From Eledone cirrhosa (lineage: Eukaryota), in NCBI GenBank assembly GCA_964016885.1, contig OZ024755.1, positions 31,496,001 to 31,560,000 on the forward strand: a DNA stretch of 64,000 bases, in the 5' to 3' direction. Within the stretch, counting starts at the first letter, position 1. Each line of letters opens with the position of its first letter. Shown here one piece after another: positions 37,149-48,800 of the stretch. The notes under the pieces were generated by a model. That model saw nothing but the letters and a program-made list of their open reading frames with translations. It searched no databases and was not told where the DNA came from. Both the position numbers and the translations under genes were made by a program.

Positions 37149-40100
37149 TCAGCATGTACCCATGGGAGGTCGGGTACCCTGTATTACTGCGTGACGCCAG
37201 AAGTCACGGTCGTGTGTCATTGACTTTGAGAGGTGTAGTTGGGTAAGGTCGGCTTTTATCACCTCATCCCAAGTCATCTTGGGTCTCCCCACTCCGCGGT
37301 TTCCATCAACTTCTAGTGCTCTGCACCTTTTTATGCAGCTGTCATCCTTCATACGCATCACATGTCCATACCAGCGTAACCGCCTCTCCTGCACGCAGCA
37401 TTTGATTCCTCTTATGCTCAGTCTCTCTCTCAATTCATTTATGCTTTGTCGTTCACGTATATTACTGTTACACATCCATCGGAGCATGCAGGCTTCGTTT
37501 CTCTCTAATCTACGTAAGTCTTCCACCTTCAGCGCCCAGGTCTCACTACCATGCAACATCGCTGTTCGGATACACGCATCATACAGTCTGCCTTTCATTC
37601 TGAGGGAGAAGCCTTTTGCAGCTAGCAGTGGTAGTAGTTCCCTAAACTTCTTCCATCCCGTTCTTACCCTAGTTATTGTACTTTCTGAGCACCCACCTCC
37701 GTTGCTAATTCGGTCACCTAGGTAGCAGAAGCTGTCTACTGTTTCTACAGGGCCCTCCCAGAGATTGGTGGTACTTGTTTCCTGTGGCTGTTTGCTTGCT
37801 GTTTCAGCACAGCTGCTGCATGTGAATCCTACATTCTTAATTAAGCTTCCTGAGATCCCGCTACATCTCTTGTGTACCCATTGTTTGCATTTGGGGCAAA
37901 GAATGGAGTTCCTACCTACACCTTTCCTACATACTGAGCAAGGCCATTTCCCTGAGGGGATCTGGGTTCTGTTTTCTCGTCTACTTATAAGGACCTTAGT
38001 CTTTGTCATGTTGACTTTGAGGCCCTTTCTCTCTAGTCCCTGCTTCCAGGTTTGGAATTTATTCTCTAGTTCTACCATAGATTCAGCTATGAGTGCGAGG
38101 TCATCAGCATACAGGAGTTCCCATGGGCATCCGGTCTTAAACTCCTCCGTTATTGCCTGCAGGACTATGATGAACAGGAGAGGGCTAAGAACAGAGCCCT
38201 GGTGGACCCCAACCTGTACGCTAAATTCCTCGCTATACTCATTGCCAATCCTAACTTTGCTGACTGCTCCCCTATACATGGCTTGTACCGCTTTCACAAG
38301 CCATTCATCTACTCCTAGTTTTCTAAGAGCCCACCAGATTACTGCACGTGGAACTCTGTCAAAGGCTTTCTCAAGGTCGACAAATGCCAAGTAGAGTGGC
38401 TTACTTTTAGCTAGGTACTTTTCCTGTAATTGCCTCACAAGGAAGAGCGCATCAGTGGTGCCTTTCCCTGGAACAAACCCAAATTGCATCTCGTCTATAT
38501 TCACCCGGTCCCTAATCAGCTGTGCTATAACTCTTTCTGTTACTTTCATGACCTGGTCCATCAACTTTATACCTCTATAGTTTCCTCTATCTAGTGCATC
38601 GCCTTTACCTTTGTAGCAGTTGACAATGATGCTACTGCACCAATCTTTTGGTATGGCCCCCTCTAGTATTACCTGGTTAACGATACGTGTGGTTATAGTG
38701 TGACCTACAGACCCAGATGCCTTCAGCATCTCGGCAGCTATACCCGATGGACCGGTTGCCTTCCCTATCTTCATATCTCTGATTGCCTTACTTACTACGC
38801 TGCCGCTGACTTGTACTGCTGGTCCCTCTATAGGGTCTACGTGGGGTAGGGTCTCTTCTTCCCATGCATTCTCCTCATTTAGTAATCTATCATAATGACT
38901 CTTCCATGCATCTTTCTTCTCAGCACTTGTGAGGGCAAGCTCACCTTTATCATTCCGGATACACTTCTCTCCAATGACATCACAACTATCTCTGACACAC
39001 TGCCTCGCAATCTTGAATACCTCCTGTTTCTGGTCCTCACGTTGTAAAACATGCTTGAATTTTCTATCCTCTGCTTCCCTCCTAGCTAAGTATACTTGTC
39101 GCCTAGCTTCCCTCTTGGTCTCTATATAATGTACCCTGCTCCCCCCGTTCTTCCATTCTTTCCATGCCTGTCTCTTGGCCTTGACTGCTTCATCTACCTT
39201 ATTGTTCCACCACCAAGTCACTCTCCTCCTGCTTGAGGTCTTACTCCAGCCACAAACCTCATCCGTCGCCTCTAGTAAGTTATTTTTTAGGAACTCCCAG
39301 TTCTCTTCTACGTTAAATGTCTCTATCTGTTCTTCTTTACTGTCGTAGGCGTTGAGTAAAATATCTTTAAATCTGTTACTGGTTGAGGGGACTTTCAGCT
39401 TCCAGATCTTTCTTCTCCAGGTTGGCCTCTGTTTCAGGGCTCGTCTAGTTCTGACCGTGAGGTCGCTGACAACTAAGCTATGTTGGGATGTACATTCCTC
39501 ACTAGGGAAGGCTTTTGTGTTTACGACCGTCCATCTGTCACGTCCTCTGATGAGGATAAAATCTAACTGACTAGAGTGCTCCCCTGATCTATAGGTGATC
39601 AGGTGGTTGTCGGGTTTTTTAAAGTTTGTGTTACATATCGACATGTCATTGGCGTCGCAGAATTCTAGAAGTCTGAATCCTTCCTCATTCCTTGTGCCAA
39701 CTCCATGGCCTCCATGTACTCTATTGAAGCCGTCGCAGTGTTTACCTACGTGTCCGTTAAAATCTCCTGCAATGATTAGGAAGTCCTTGTCGTCTGTTAG
39801 AGCAGTAGTGTGTATTAGGGACTCGTAAAACCTATCCTTAAGTTCGTCTGGCAGCCCTGATTGGGGTGCGTAAGCTGATATTATTGTGGTAATTGTCTTA
39901 TTCAGGACTAGTCTGAGTTTAATGATTCTTGCATTTACCCTGTACACTGAGATTACTTTATCTACCCACTTGTCAGCTAATAGTATACCTACACCACCCA
40001 TCCCATCGTCATTTCCCACCCAGAAAAATTTGTAGCACTGGCTTTTTCCTACAAGGACTCTAGCAGACCCTCCTCTCCATCTAGTCTCTTGCACACAGCA

Positions 40101-40268
40101 TACATCAACTTCCTTTCGCTCTAGCATTTCTACGATTTCTCCTGCTCTTCCTTTCATTGAGCCTACATTGATGGTACCAACTCGGAGTTTTGGGCATTTG
40201 TCGACACTCGTAGGGGAGGGTCTCTGGGTTGGCGCTTCACGTGGGTGCTTGGTAGCTCGCAGATTCAT
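37149..40268 (-). CDS. RTE ORF: AP-endonuclease + reverse transcriptase + internal PHD-type zinc finger
   Basis: GTINV, CVQETRW, AYAPQ, GDFNG, SQH (APE); YRGIKL, DLEKAFD, QGSVLSP, YADD (RT); C4HC3 at 37809-37940. Confidence 0.96.
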   Translation of the reverse strand: MNLRATKHPREAPTQRPSPTSVDKCPKLRVGTINVGSMKGRAGEIVEMLERKEVDVCCVQETRWRGGSARVLVGKSQCYKFFWVGNDDGMGGVGILLADKWVDKVISVYRVNARIIKLRLVLNKTITTIISAYAPQSGLPDELKDRFYESLIHTTALTDDKDFLIIAGDFNGHVGKHCDGFNRVHGGHGVGTRNEEGFRLLEFCDANDMSICNTNFKKPDNHLITYRSGEHSSQLDFILIRGRDRWTVVNTKAFPSEECTSQHSLVVSDLTVRTRRALKQRPTWRRKIWKLKVPSTSNRFKDILLNAYDSKEEQIETFNVEENWEFLKNNLLEATDEVCGWSKTSSRRRVTWWWNNKVDEAVKAKRQAWKEWKNGGSRVHYIETKREARRQVYLARREAEDRKFKHVLQREDQKQEVFKIARQCVRDSCDVIGEKCIRNDKGELALTSAEKKDAWKSHYDRLLNEENAWEEETLPHVDPIEGPAVQVSGSVVSKAIRDMKIGKATGPSGIAAEMLKASGSVGHTITTRIVNQVILEGAIPKDWCSSIIVNCYKGKGDALDRGNYRGIKLMDQVMKVTERVIAQLIRDRVNIDEMQFGFVPGKGTTDALFLVRQLQEKYLAKSKPLYLAFVDLEKAFDRVPRAVIWWALRKLGVDEWLVKAVQAMYRGAVSKVRIGNEYSEEFSVQVGVHQGSVLSPLLFIIVLQAITEEFKTGCPWELLYADDLALIAESMVELENKFQTWKQGLERKGLKVNMTKTKVLISRRENRTQIPSGKWPCSVCRKGVGRNSILCPKCKQWVHKRCSGISGSLIKNVGFTCSSCAETASKQPQETSTTNLWEGPVETVDSFCYLGDRISNGGGCSESTITRVRTGWKKFRELLPLLAAKGFSLRMKGRLYDACIRTAMLHGSETWALKVEDLRRLERNEACMLRWMCNSNIRERQSINELRERLSIRGIKCCVQERRLRWYGHVMRMKDDSCIKRCRALEVDGNRGVGRPKMTWDEVIKADLTQLHLSKSMTHDRDFWRHAVIQGTRPPMGTC

Positions 40269-40575
40269 ATTTCATCTATTGATTCAGAGTTGCTCGTGTA
40301 TTCCCAGCTCATCCATCCCTAACGGTGGGAAAATTGAGGGCTAGAAGGACAGTGGTGGTGGGGTAATGGCAGGGTGTGTTGGGATGCGAGGAGAGAGTTA
40401 GTTAGGCAGGTAGTAGCAGCAGCAGCAGTGGAAATGGCATGCTAGGTTTGATTGGTCGAATAGACTATGGTGGTGTGTGGGGGTGGGGGGGGGAGGGAAA
40501 TTGTGAGGTAGGAACTGAGGGTCGCATGGTAAATATCCAAGTTAATACTACATCAGTAAAATTAACAATAATAAC

Positions 40576-41647
40576 GTCATGAAAAAAGCTACTAAGAGAA
40601 ACCCTCGAAAATTTATCGCTAATACAGCAGGGAAAATTTAACGCTAATACAGCAGGGAACATCATAATATTAACGACATGAAAAAGCTACTAAGAGAAAC
40701 CCTCGAAAATTTATCGCTAATACAGCAGGGAAAATTTAACGCTAATACAGCAGGGAACATCATAATATTAACGACATGAAAAAGCTACTAAGAGAAACCC
40801 TCGAAAATTTATCGCTAATACAGCAGGGAAAATTTAACGCTAATACAGCAGGGAACATCATAATATTAACGACATGAAAAAGCTACTAAGAGAAACCCTC
40901 GAAAATTTATCGCTAATACAGCAGGGAAAATTTAACGCTAATACAGCAGGGAACATCATAATATTAACGACATGAAAAAGCTACTAAGAGAAACCCTCGA
41001 AAATTTATCGCTAATACAGCAGGGAAAATTTAACGCTAATACAGCAGGGAACATCATAATATTAACGACATGAAAAAGCTACTAAGAGAAACCCTCGAAA
41101 ATTTATCGCTAATACAGCAGGGAAAATTTAACGCTAATACAGCAGGGAACATCATAATATTAACGACAATATGTAGGCTAAAATACCTTCGTAGATTAGG
41201 TGGATGGCTGGCTGGGAAAATTTGAATCAGCTCTACTGGTACATTTTAGCAGAGAAGAATGGCAAAGTGTCTTATCTCTTCAATATTTTCAGATTGAATG
41301 AATTAGGTTAAAGACAGGGTAGTAAGCCTTAAAGAAGTGCATAGAGGGGGGGGGGGGGGGGGTAGGAACTGAGGGTCGCATGGTAAATAACTGAGAGAGA
41401 TACAATAGGATTAGAATACCGCATGGTAAATATCCAAGTTAATAAGTTAATACTACATCAGTAAAATTAACAATAATAACGTCATGAAAAAAGCTACTAA
41501 GAGAAACCCTCGAAAATTTATCGCTAATACAGCAGGGAAAATTTAACGCTAATACAGCAGGGAACATCATAATATTAACGACATGAAAAAGCTACTAAGA
41601 GAAACCCTCGAAAATTTATCGCTAATACAGCAGGGAAAATTTAACGC
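40576..41647. repeat. 98-bp tandem monomers (about 6 copies 40576-41168; about 1.7 copies 41481-41647)
   Basis: gacatgaaaaagctactaagagaaaccctcg..cataatattaac, essentially identical copies. Confidence 0.95.
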
Positions 41648-41651
41648 ACAC

Positions 41652-41686
<35 letters not shown>

Positions 41687-41714
41687 AAGGGCAAATATAT
41701 ATATATATATATAG

Positions 41715-42328
41715 CGGGTGGTATAGAAGTGGTGGATAGCTTCCAGTACCTAGGAGATCAGATTAGCATGGCAGGGGGGTGTTCCGAGGCCATAGTATCT
41801 AGACTAAGGACGGGTTGGAAGAAGTTTAGGGAGCTGCTTCCTCTGCTGATGAAGAAGGGTTTCTCCCTGCATACGAAAGGCCGGTTATATGATGCCTGTG
41901 TGAGGAGCGCGATGCTGCATGGTAGTGAGACATGGGCAGCAGCTGCAGAGGATATGCGACGGCTGGAGAGAAATGAGGTAAGCATGCTCCGTTGGATGTG
42001 CAGTGTCAATGTGCGTGAACAAACCAGCATGAATGTGTTGAGAGAGTAACTGTGAACGGGAGAGGAGACTGAGGTGGTACGGATATGTGATGTGCATGGA
42101 GGATGACCGATGGGTGAAGTGCCAGGAAATACCAGTTGAAGGAAGACGTGGTAGAGGTAGACCACGAAAAACATGGGCGGAGGTGGTGAGAGCAGACCTC
42201 AGATCGCTGAAGCTCACGGTGGAGATGACGAAGGACCGTGACAAGTGGAGAGATGCTGTGCTGAATAAGACCCGTCCCACCCTTGCAAGCAGGGAAGAAC
42301 GGACGTAAAATGATGATGATGATGATGA
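41715..42328 (+). mobile_element. 5'-truncated RTE LINE (family 3, short 3' UTR)
   Basis: VDSFQYLGD..MLHGSETW..RGRPRKTW, tail cccacccttgcaagcagggaagaacggacgtaaaa(tga)n. Confidence 0.9.
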
Positions 42329-42463
42329 TACATATCTACACACACATATGGAGAGAGAAAGAAAGACAGAAATTGGCGCTAGAAATTCAAGACTAAGCAA
42401 TATTGTGATGATAATGGTGGTGGTGGTAGTGATTATAATGATGATAATAATAATGTTACTGAC

Positions 42464-42571
42464 TTGTGATTGTCCAGAAGAGGCAGCATAAGTTTGAATT
42501 TGTTGCGGTGATTGCATATATTGAAGCTGTAACTGGTGACTGGATGATAAAATGGGATTTCTGCTGAGTAA
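42464..42571 (-). CDS. ZMYND8: ZMYND8-like exon (LLSRNPIL..SSGQSQ)
   Basis: ctttcag acceptor, gtcagt donor, 108 nt phase 0-0. Confidence 0.75.
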
Positions 42572-42983
42572 CTGAAAGTAGAATAGAAATCAACAACATT
42601 ATTATATTGATATGAGGTTAACTTTGCCTTTCATCCTTACGGGGTCGATAAAATAAAGTACCAGTAATACACTGAGATAATTGCTGGCCTTGTGCCAAAA
42701 GTAGAAACAATTATTATATTGATATATATATATATTTATTTTGCAAAAACAATATGGTGTAGGACAGAACAAAGGAGAGACACAAAATAACAAATTAGTC
42801 ACTGAGGGGGTCACAGAATGTGTGATGAAAGAACTTGGACAATAAACAAATAAATAACCATGTGGTTATTAAGCTAACCAACTGGAAGTTTATAATAAAT
42901 TGAAGTGAAAACCAACAGGTGCATGTGTTTTTATTGGCAACATGACCCTCCCAAAGTATAACAATATATTTATATATATAATA

Positions 42984-43221
42984 CAAGGACGATTTGTTAA
43001 GCCTTCATTACGTTTATTGATTGGTGATGCGTGTTTCGCTATTGATCAGCTCAAGGTTTGATCTGTAACGATCTGGCCCGGCTCTGGAATCAAAAGCTCA
43101 TTCGACCTCTGTTGTAGTAAGAGTCGAGCCAGATTGATAGATAGAACCTTGAGCTGTTCAATAACGAAACACGCGTCACCAATCAATAAACGTAATGAAG
43201 GCTTAACAAATCGTCCTTGTT
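42984..43221. mobile_element. Inverted repeat (about 100-bp arms) with hammerhead-derived sequence; Penelope-like terminus
   Basis: 42984-43085 reverse-complements 43121-43221; cgaaacacgcgtc..aataaa in the arms. Confidence 0.7.
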
Positions 43222-43358
43222 TTATTATATTACACTCTGTTTAGCACTACACCTCGCCCCTGATGTCAACCTAAACATTGAGAGCTCACCTGGGTGAACC
43301 TAAACAAGAGCTCACCTGGGTGAACCTACAGTAACTTCACGTTACACTCCTTGGATAT

Positions 43359-43449
<91 letters not shown>

Positions 43450-43453
<4 letters not shown>

Positions 43454-44960
43454 TGGAGTAGGGAGTAATTCTATTGTACACGATCGGTGTAATGGGAAAG
43501 CAGGCAGACTAACAGAAAAAGGTAAACTTTGTATATGGCAGATACACAATGGATATCTAGTAGTCAGAACACAAGTAAAATAAACATGTTCCAATCTCAA
43601 GAAGGCTCCATACAAGTAGTTGATAGCTTCTGTTACTTAGGTGATAAAATTAGTTGGAAAAGAAGCTGCACTAAGAGTATAGTAGCTGGGTTGAGAACTG
43701 GAAAATGTTGAGGGAGCTTCTACCTGTGTGGATAACAAAAGGTATTTTCTCTACAAAAGGCTGGCAGAATGATGTGTGTGGCATGCAGTGTTACATGGTA
43801 GTGAGACATGGGTGATGAATGTAGAGGTTATGGTAGTGAGACATGGGTGATGAATGTGGAGGTTATGGTAGTGAGACATGGGTGATGAATGTGGAGGTTA
43901 TGGTAGTGAGACATGGGTGATGAATGTGGAGGTTATGGTAGTGAGACATGGGTGATGAATGTGGAGGTTATGGTAGTGTGACATGGGTGATGAATGTGGA
44001 GGTTATGGTAGTGTGACATGGGTGATGAATGTGGAGGTTATGGTAGTGTGACATGGGTGATGAATGTGGAGGTTATGTTACATGGTAGTGTGACATGGGT
44101 GATGAATGTGCAGGTTATGTTACATGGTAGTGAGACATTGGTGATGAATGTGGAGGTTATGTTACATGGTAGTGAGACATGAGTGATGAATGTGGAGGTT
44201 ATGTTTTGGTAGTGAGACATGGGTGATGAATGTGGAGGTTATGTTACATGGTAGTGAGACATGGGAGATGAATGTGGAGGTTATGTTACATGGTAGTGAG
44301 ATATGGGTGATGAATGTGGAGGTTATGTTACATGGTAGTGTGACATGGGTGATGAATGTGGAGGATATGTTACATGGTAGTGAGACATGGGTGATGAATG
44401 GAGGTTATGTTACATGGTAGTGAGACATGGGAGATGAATGTGGAGGTTATGTTACATGGTAGTGAGACATGGGTGATGAATGTGGAGGTTATGTTACATG
44501 GTAGTGAGACATGGGTGATGAATGTGGAGGTTATGTTACATGGTAGTGAGACATGGGTGATGAATGTGGAGGTTATGTTACATGGTAGTGAGACATGGGT
44601 GATGAATGTGGAGGTTATGTTACATGGTAGTGTGACATGGGTGATGAATGTGGAGGTTATGTTACATGGTAGTGAGACATGGGTGATGAATGTGGAGGTT
44701 ATGTGAAGGCTGGAAAGAAATAAAGCAAACATGCTTTGATGGATGTGCAATGTTAATATATAAGAAAGAAAAAACATAGAAGATATGAGAGAGGGGCTTG
44801 GATATAAGAAGAATGAGACGTAGTGTGCAGGAGAGAAGACTGCACTGGTATGGACATGTGTATAGATGATGATTGTTGGGTGAAGAAGTGCCAGGGGTAG
44901 ACTCTGAGCAAGATGATTGGCTAACATCAATGATGACCATCAGGTTGGACTAAGGAAACA
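43450..44960 (+). pseudogene. Decayed RTE fragment with the HGSETW codons amplified as a 34/42-bp minisatellite (43788-44704)
   Basis: VVDSFCYLGDK upstream, (MLHGSETWVMNVEV)n, RT C-terminus downstream. Confidence 0.87.
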
Positions 44961-45351
44961 ATGTCTCTATTAGTCTTTCTATTACTAATACTAGATATTG
45001 GTCACAACACCTGGTAGAAAGTGTCACCTTCTGGTGACAGTGGGACACCACTCAGTGTTCTCTCTGACACCCACCTCCCACCCTGCTACTTTATTCATTG
45101 ACCCCGAAATGAGGAACAGCAAAGTTAATGTCTGTAGAACTCAGAACACACAGAACTGGAATACCAAGCCATTTAAACTGACACTAATGATTTTACCAAT
45201 TTACTGCCTTGCCAGAATATAATGGTTTGTTGTTTCCAGTTGGTTGTCTCCCCTGCCCTACTGCTAACCATTCAAACCAGATTCAAGGAAGAAAGCTTCA
45301 GTCAGTAGAATTAATATCTTGTTCAGTGACATAAAAACTCTGTGGTAAGTA

Positions 45352-45773
45352 TACCAGTCTTACCCTCAGATATTGTGCCATGTTGATAACATTACCCAGC
45401 CTTACACACAGATATTGTGCCATGTTGATAACATTAACCAGCCTTACCCTCAAATATTGTGCCATGTTGATAACATTAACCAGCCTTACCCTCAAATATT
45501 GTGCCATGTTGATAACATTAACCAGTCTTACCCTCAGATATTGTGCCATGTTGATAACATTAACCAGCCTTATCCTTCAAATATTGTGCCATGTTGATAA
45601 CATTAACCAGCCTTACCCTCAAATATTGTGCCATGTTGATAACATTAACCAGCCTTACCCTCAAATATTGTGCCATGTTGATAACATTAACCAGCCTTAC
45701 CCTCAAATATTGTGCCATGTTGATAACATTAACCAGCCTTACCCTCAAATATTGTGCCATGTTGATAACATTA
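45352..45773. repeat. 42-bp minisatellite, about 10 copies
   Basis: ccagccttaccctcaaatattgtgccatgttgataacattaa. Confidence 0.95.
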
Positions 45774-45796
45774 AAAGAATGTGGTGTGATAGTGAT

Positions 45797-46550
45797 ATCA
45801 TCATCACCGTTTAATGTCCATTTTTCCACGCTAGCATGGGTTAAATGAGTTGTCCCATTGTGAAACAAGTCAGATCAGGTGACTGTGACTTGCTCATACA
45901 GAGCTGTTTCTGACTTGGTTTCTACAGCTGGATGCCCTTGATATCGCCAACCACTTTACAGTGTGGACTGGGTGCTTTTTGTTGTGACACCAACACAACC
46001 ACTTTACAGTGTGGGTTGGGTGCTTTTTGCTGTGACACCTACACGACCACTTTACAGTGTGGACTGGGGGCTTCTTGTTGTGACACCAACACAACCACTT
46101 TACAGTGTGGGTTGGGTGCTTTTTGTTGTGACACCTACACGACCACTTTACAGTGTGGACTGGGTGCTTTTTGTTGTGACACCAACACAACCACTTTACA
46201 GTGTGGGTTGGGTGCTTTTTGCTGTGACACCTACACGACCACTTTACAGTGTGGACTGGGTGCTTTTTGTTGTGACACCAACACAACCACTTTACAGTGT
46301 GGGTTGGGTGCTTTTTGTTGTGACACCTACACGACCACTTTACAGTGTGGACTGGGGGCTTCTTGTTGTGACATCAACACAACCACTTTACAGTGTGGGT
46401 TGGGTGCTTTTTGTTGTGACACCTACACGACCACTTTACAGTGTGGGTTGGGTGCTTTTTGTTGTGACACCAACACAACCACTTTACAGTGTGGGTTGGG
46501 TGCTTTTTGTTGTGACACCTACACGACCACTTTACAGTGTGGACTGGGGA
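45797..46550 (-). mobile_element. SINE/LINE 3' end with 48-bp subrepeat expanded about 12 times
   Basis: (cat)n tail, ctacagctggatgccc core, accactttacagtgtgg..ggtgcttttt units. Confidence 0.87.
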
Positions 46551-47084
46551 CTTTGGTGAGGGAGGTGCCTGGTGATAGTGTTTCTAAATTAACCCAAACT
46601 CATAGGAAGACTGAAATCAAATATTCGCAAGCTAATAAAAGATGAGCCTTAACAAGGTCACACTAAATGCTAGAAATAGCAACCAAACATACCTTAAAAC
46701 ATATGTTACAATGAAGTATCAGGTATATGATGGCAGGGAAGAAATATTGATGAGATGATCAATGTTGGAAGAACTTTGATCATAGGTCCAATCAATCCAG
46801 ACTGACCCGGGGCTAAACAACAATAACGAAACACTTCAACTGTGACAGCTACTTACAATAGCATTATGTGGCCTCTATTACTGTTGTGAGGTCCTTACTG
46901 TCATTATGTGTGATGGAGCCATTGACAACCCTTTTCATACGAAACCACATTCCCTTCCCCAGGGGTTCTAATACAAAACTTATTTGAAAATGTTTATATT
47001 CATTTAAAAACCTCCCATAATAATTTTATGCAAGAACCTTGTTAAGTTATGTTCCAAACACCAACATAATAAGAAAGTTAGTTA

Positions 47085-47779
47085 TCACAACAACAGTTTC
47101 TATTTTCAAGGGGTAACAACAACAGTTATTTATTTTTAAGGGGTAACAAACAATTGTTTTCTATTTTTAAGGAGAACAACTGTTTCTATTTTAATTGGTG
47201 ACAACAACAGCTTCTATTTTAATGGGTGACAACAACTGTTTCTATTTTAATGGGCAACAACTGTTTCTATTTTAATGGGTGACCGCGACTGCTATTTAAT
47301 GGGTGGCAACAACAACTTCTGTTTTAATGGGTGACGGTGAATGTTTATATTTTAATGGGTGACAACAACTATTTTAATGGGTGGCGACAACATCTATTTT
47401 AATGGGCGACAACAGCGGTTTCTATTTTAATGGGAGGCAACAACAACTTCTGTTTTAATGGGTGACGGTGAATGTTTATATTTTAATGGGTGACAACAAC
47501 TATTTTAATGGGTGGCGACAACATCTATTTTAATGGGCGACAACAGCGGTTTCTATTTTAATGGGAGGCAACAACAACTTCTGTTTTAATGGGTGACAAC
47601 AACAGCTAGTTTAATTGGTGACAGCAACTGTTTCTATTTTAATGGGTGACAACAGCAACTTCTATTTTAATGGGTGACAACAACAGCTATTTTAATGGGT
47701 GACAACAACAGCTTCTATTTTAATGGGTGACAACAACAGCTTCTATTTTAATGAGTGACAACAACTGTTTCTATTTTTA
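47085..47779. repeat. Degenerate about 27-30 bp minisatellite starting at the exon donor
   Basis: ttctattttaatgggtgacaacaacag variants. Confidence 0.9.
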
Positions 47780-47780
47780 C

Positions 47781-47984
47781 CTGTGTTGAAGGAGCTGGTA
47801 AAACTTGAATGGAACCTGTGACAGGTTGAGACATAGTTGTTGGTAGGAACTGGATCTGTGTTGTACCTGGCACTGGATTGCCAGTAGGCTGCAGGTTTAG
47901 CATTTTAGAGCGGTTATCTTCTTTTTTAATAATTTGCTGTAACATACCAGAAACTCTTCCGGTTGGTTTGCTGGAAACCATTGT
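47781..47984 (-). CDS. ZMYND8: ZMYND8-like exon (TMVSSKPTG..PAPSTQ)
   Basis: cattgtag acceptor, cag|gtaaaa donor, 204 nt phase 0-0. Confidence 0.82.
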
Positions 47985-48559
47985 CTACAATGTAGGAAAA
48001 CAAATAATTACTTATTCAAATATTTACCTTCTGCCCAGCTCAACTTTACCTTTCATTCTTTCAGAGTAGGGATAAGGTTTATAGAATAGGGTTGGTGGAT
48101 TGGTGGAATTGTTCAAGAGTCCAACAGAATACTTTGTGGTATGTAATTTGGCTGTGTATGTTCAGAGTTCAGGTCTCACCTCCTTCTGCAAACATTTACA
48201 ACTGGCAGACAGTTCAAGCAATGGAAAGACCAATGGAAACATAGTTTACTTGATCTGATCACATGATTGCCTCTTTCCCTCTTTTCTCCTTTTTTTCCAA
48301 TATAAGAAATTATCCTTTTGTGTACATTTATATAAAGATTTCCACAAAAAAATCCATGAAGCAACATCTATCTAATGTTTCACAAAGGACAAAGTTTCTT
48401 ACATAAAATTAGGATTGAAGGTTTTAGATAAATATAAACATTTTAAAATAAAGAGTTTAGTATGATAGAATCAGTGGTAGTTTGGTATCAAAAGAGTTTG
48501 GAACATAACTAAAAGATTCTTCTATGAAATTATGATAGAAGGCTTTTAGATAAATATAA

Positions 48560-48769
48560 CCCTTTAATGTTCAAACCGACCAAAATTCTCTACCCTTTTC
48601 TGTTGAAACTGGCTGTAACTGGTCACTCAAACTGATGTTAAGGTATTGTTCTCAAAATAAATACTTTCAAAATCTCATAGATTCGATATTATGTGAGATA
48701 ATTATGCGAGGTAAAGCCTTTACTGTCAAAATATAATAGTATATATAGAGTAATGTGAATGCTAAAGGG
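48560..48769. mobile_element. piggyBac-like MITE
   Basis: ataa|ccctttaatgttc ... gaatgctaaaggg|ttaa imperfect TIRs with TTAA-like target site. Confidence 0.6.
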
Positions 48770-48800
48770 TTAAACATAGGACCAGGGGCAGTTTCACAGG

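Larger units (their letters stand above)
36836..41647 (-). mobile_element. Full-length RTE-clade LINE (family 1) with repeat-rich 5' region and (tga)n tail
   Basis: Intact 1039-aa ORF, about 310-bp 3' UTR; 5' boundary uncertain, no TSD found. Confidence 0.88.

Noticed and set aside
37279-39828. Plus-strand ORFs overlapping the LINE (also 52937-54787, 58577-61518)
   Set aside because: Antisense shadows of the RT ORF
45352-45773. gg|gtaagg donor-like motif in each 42-bp unit (minus strand)
   Set aside because: No adjacent acceptor or exon identified; probably incidental
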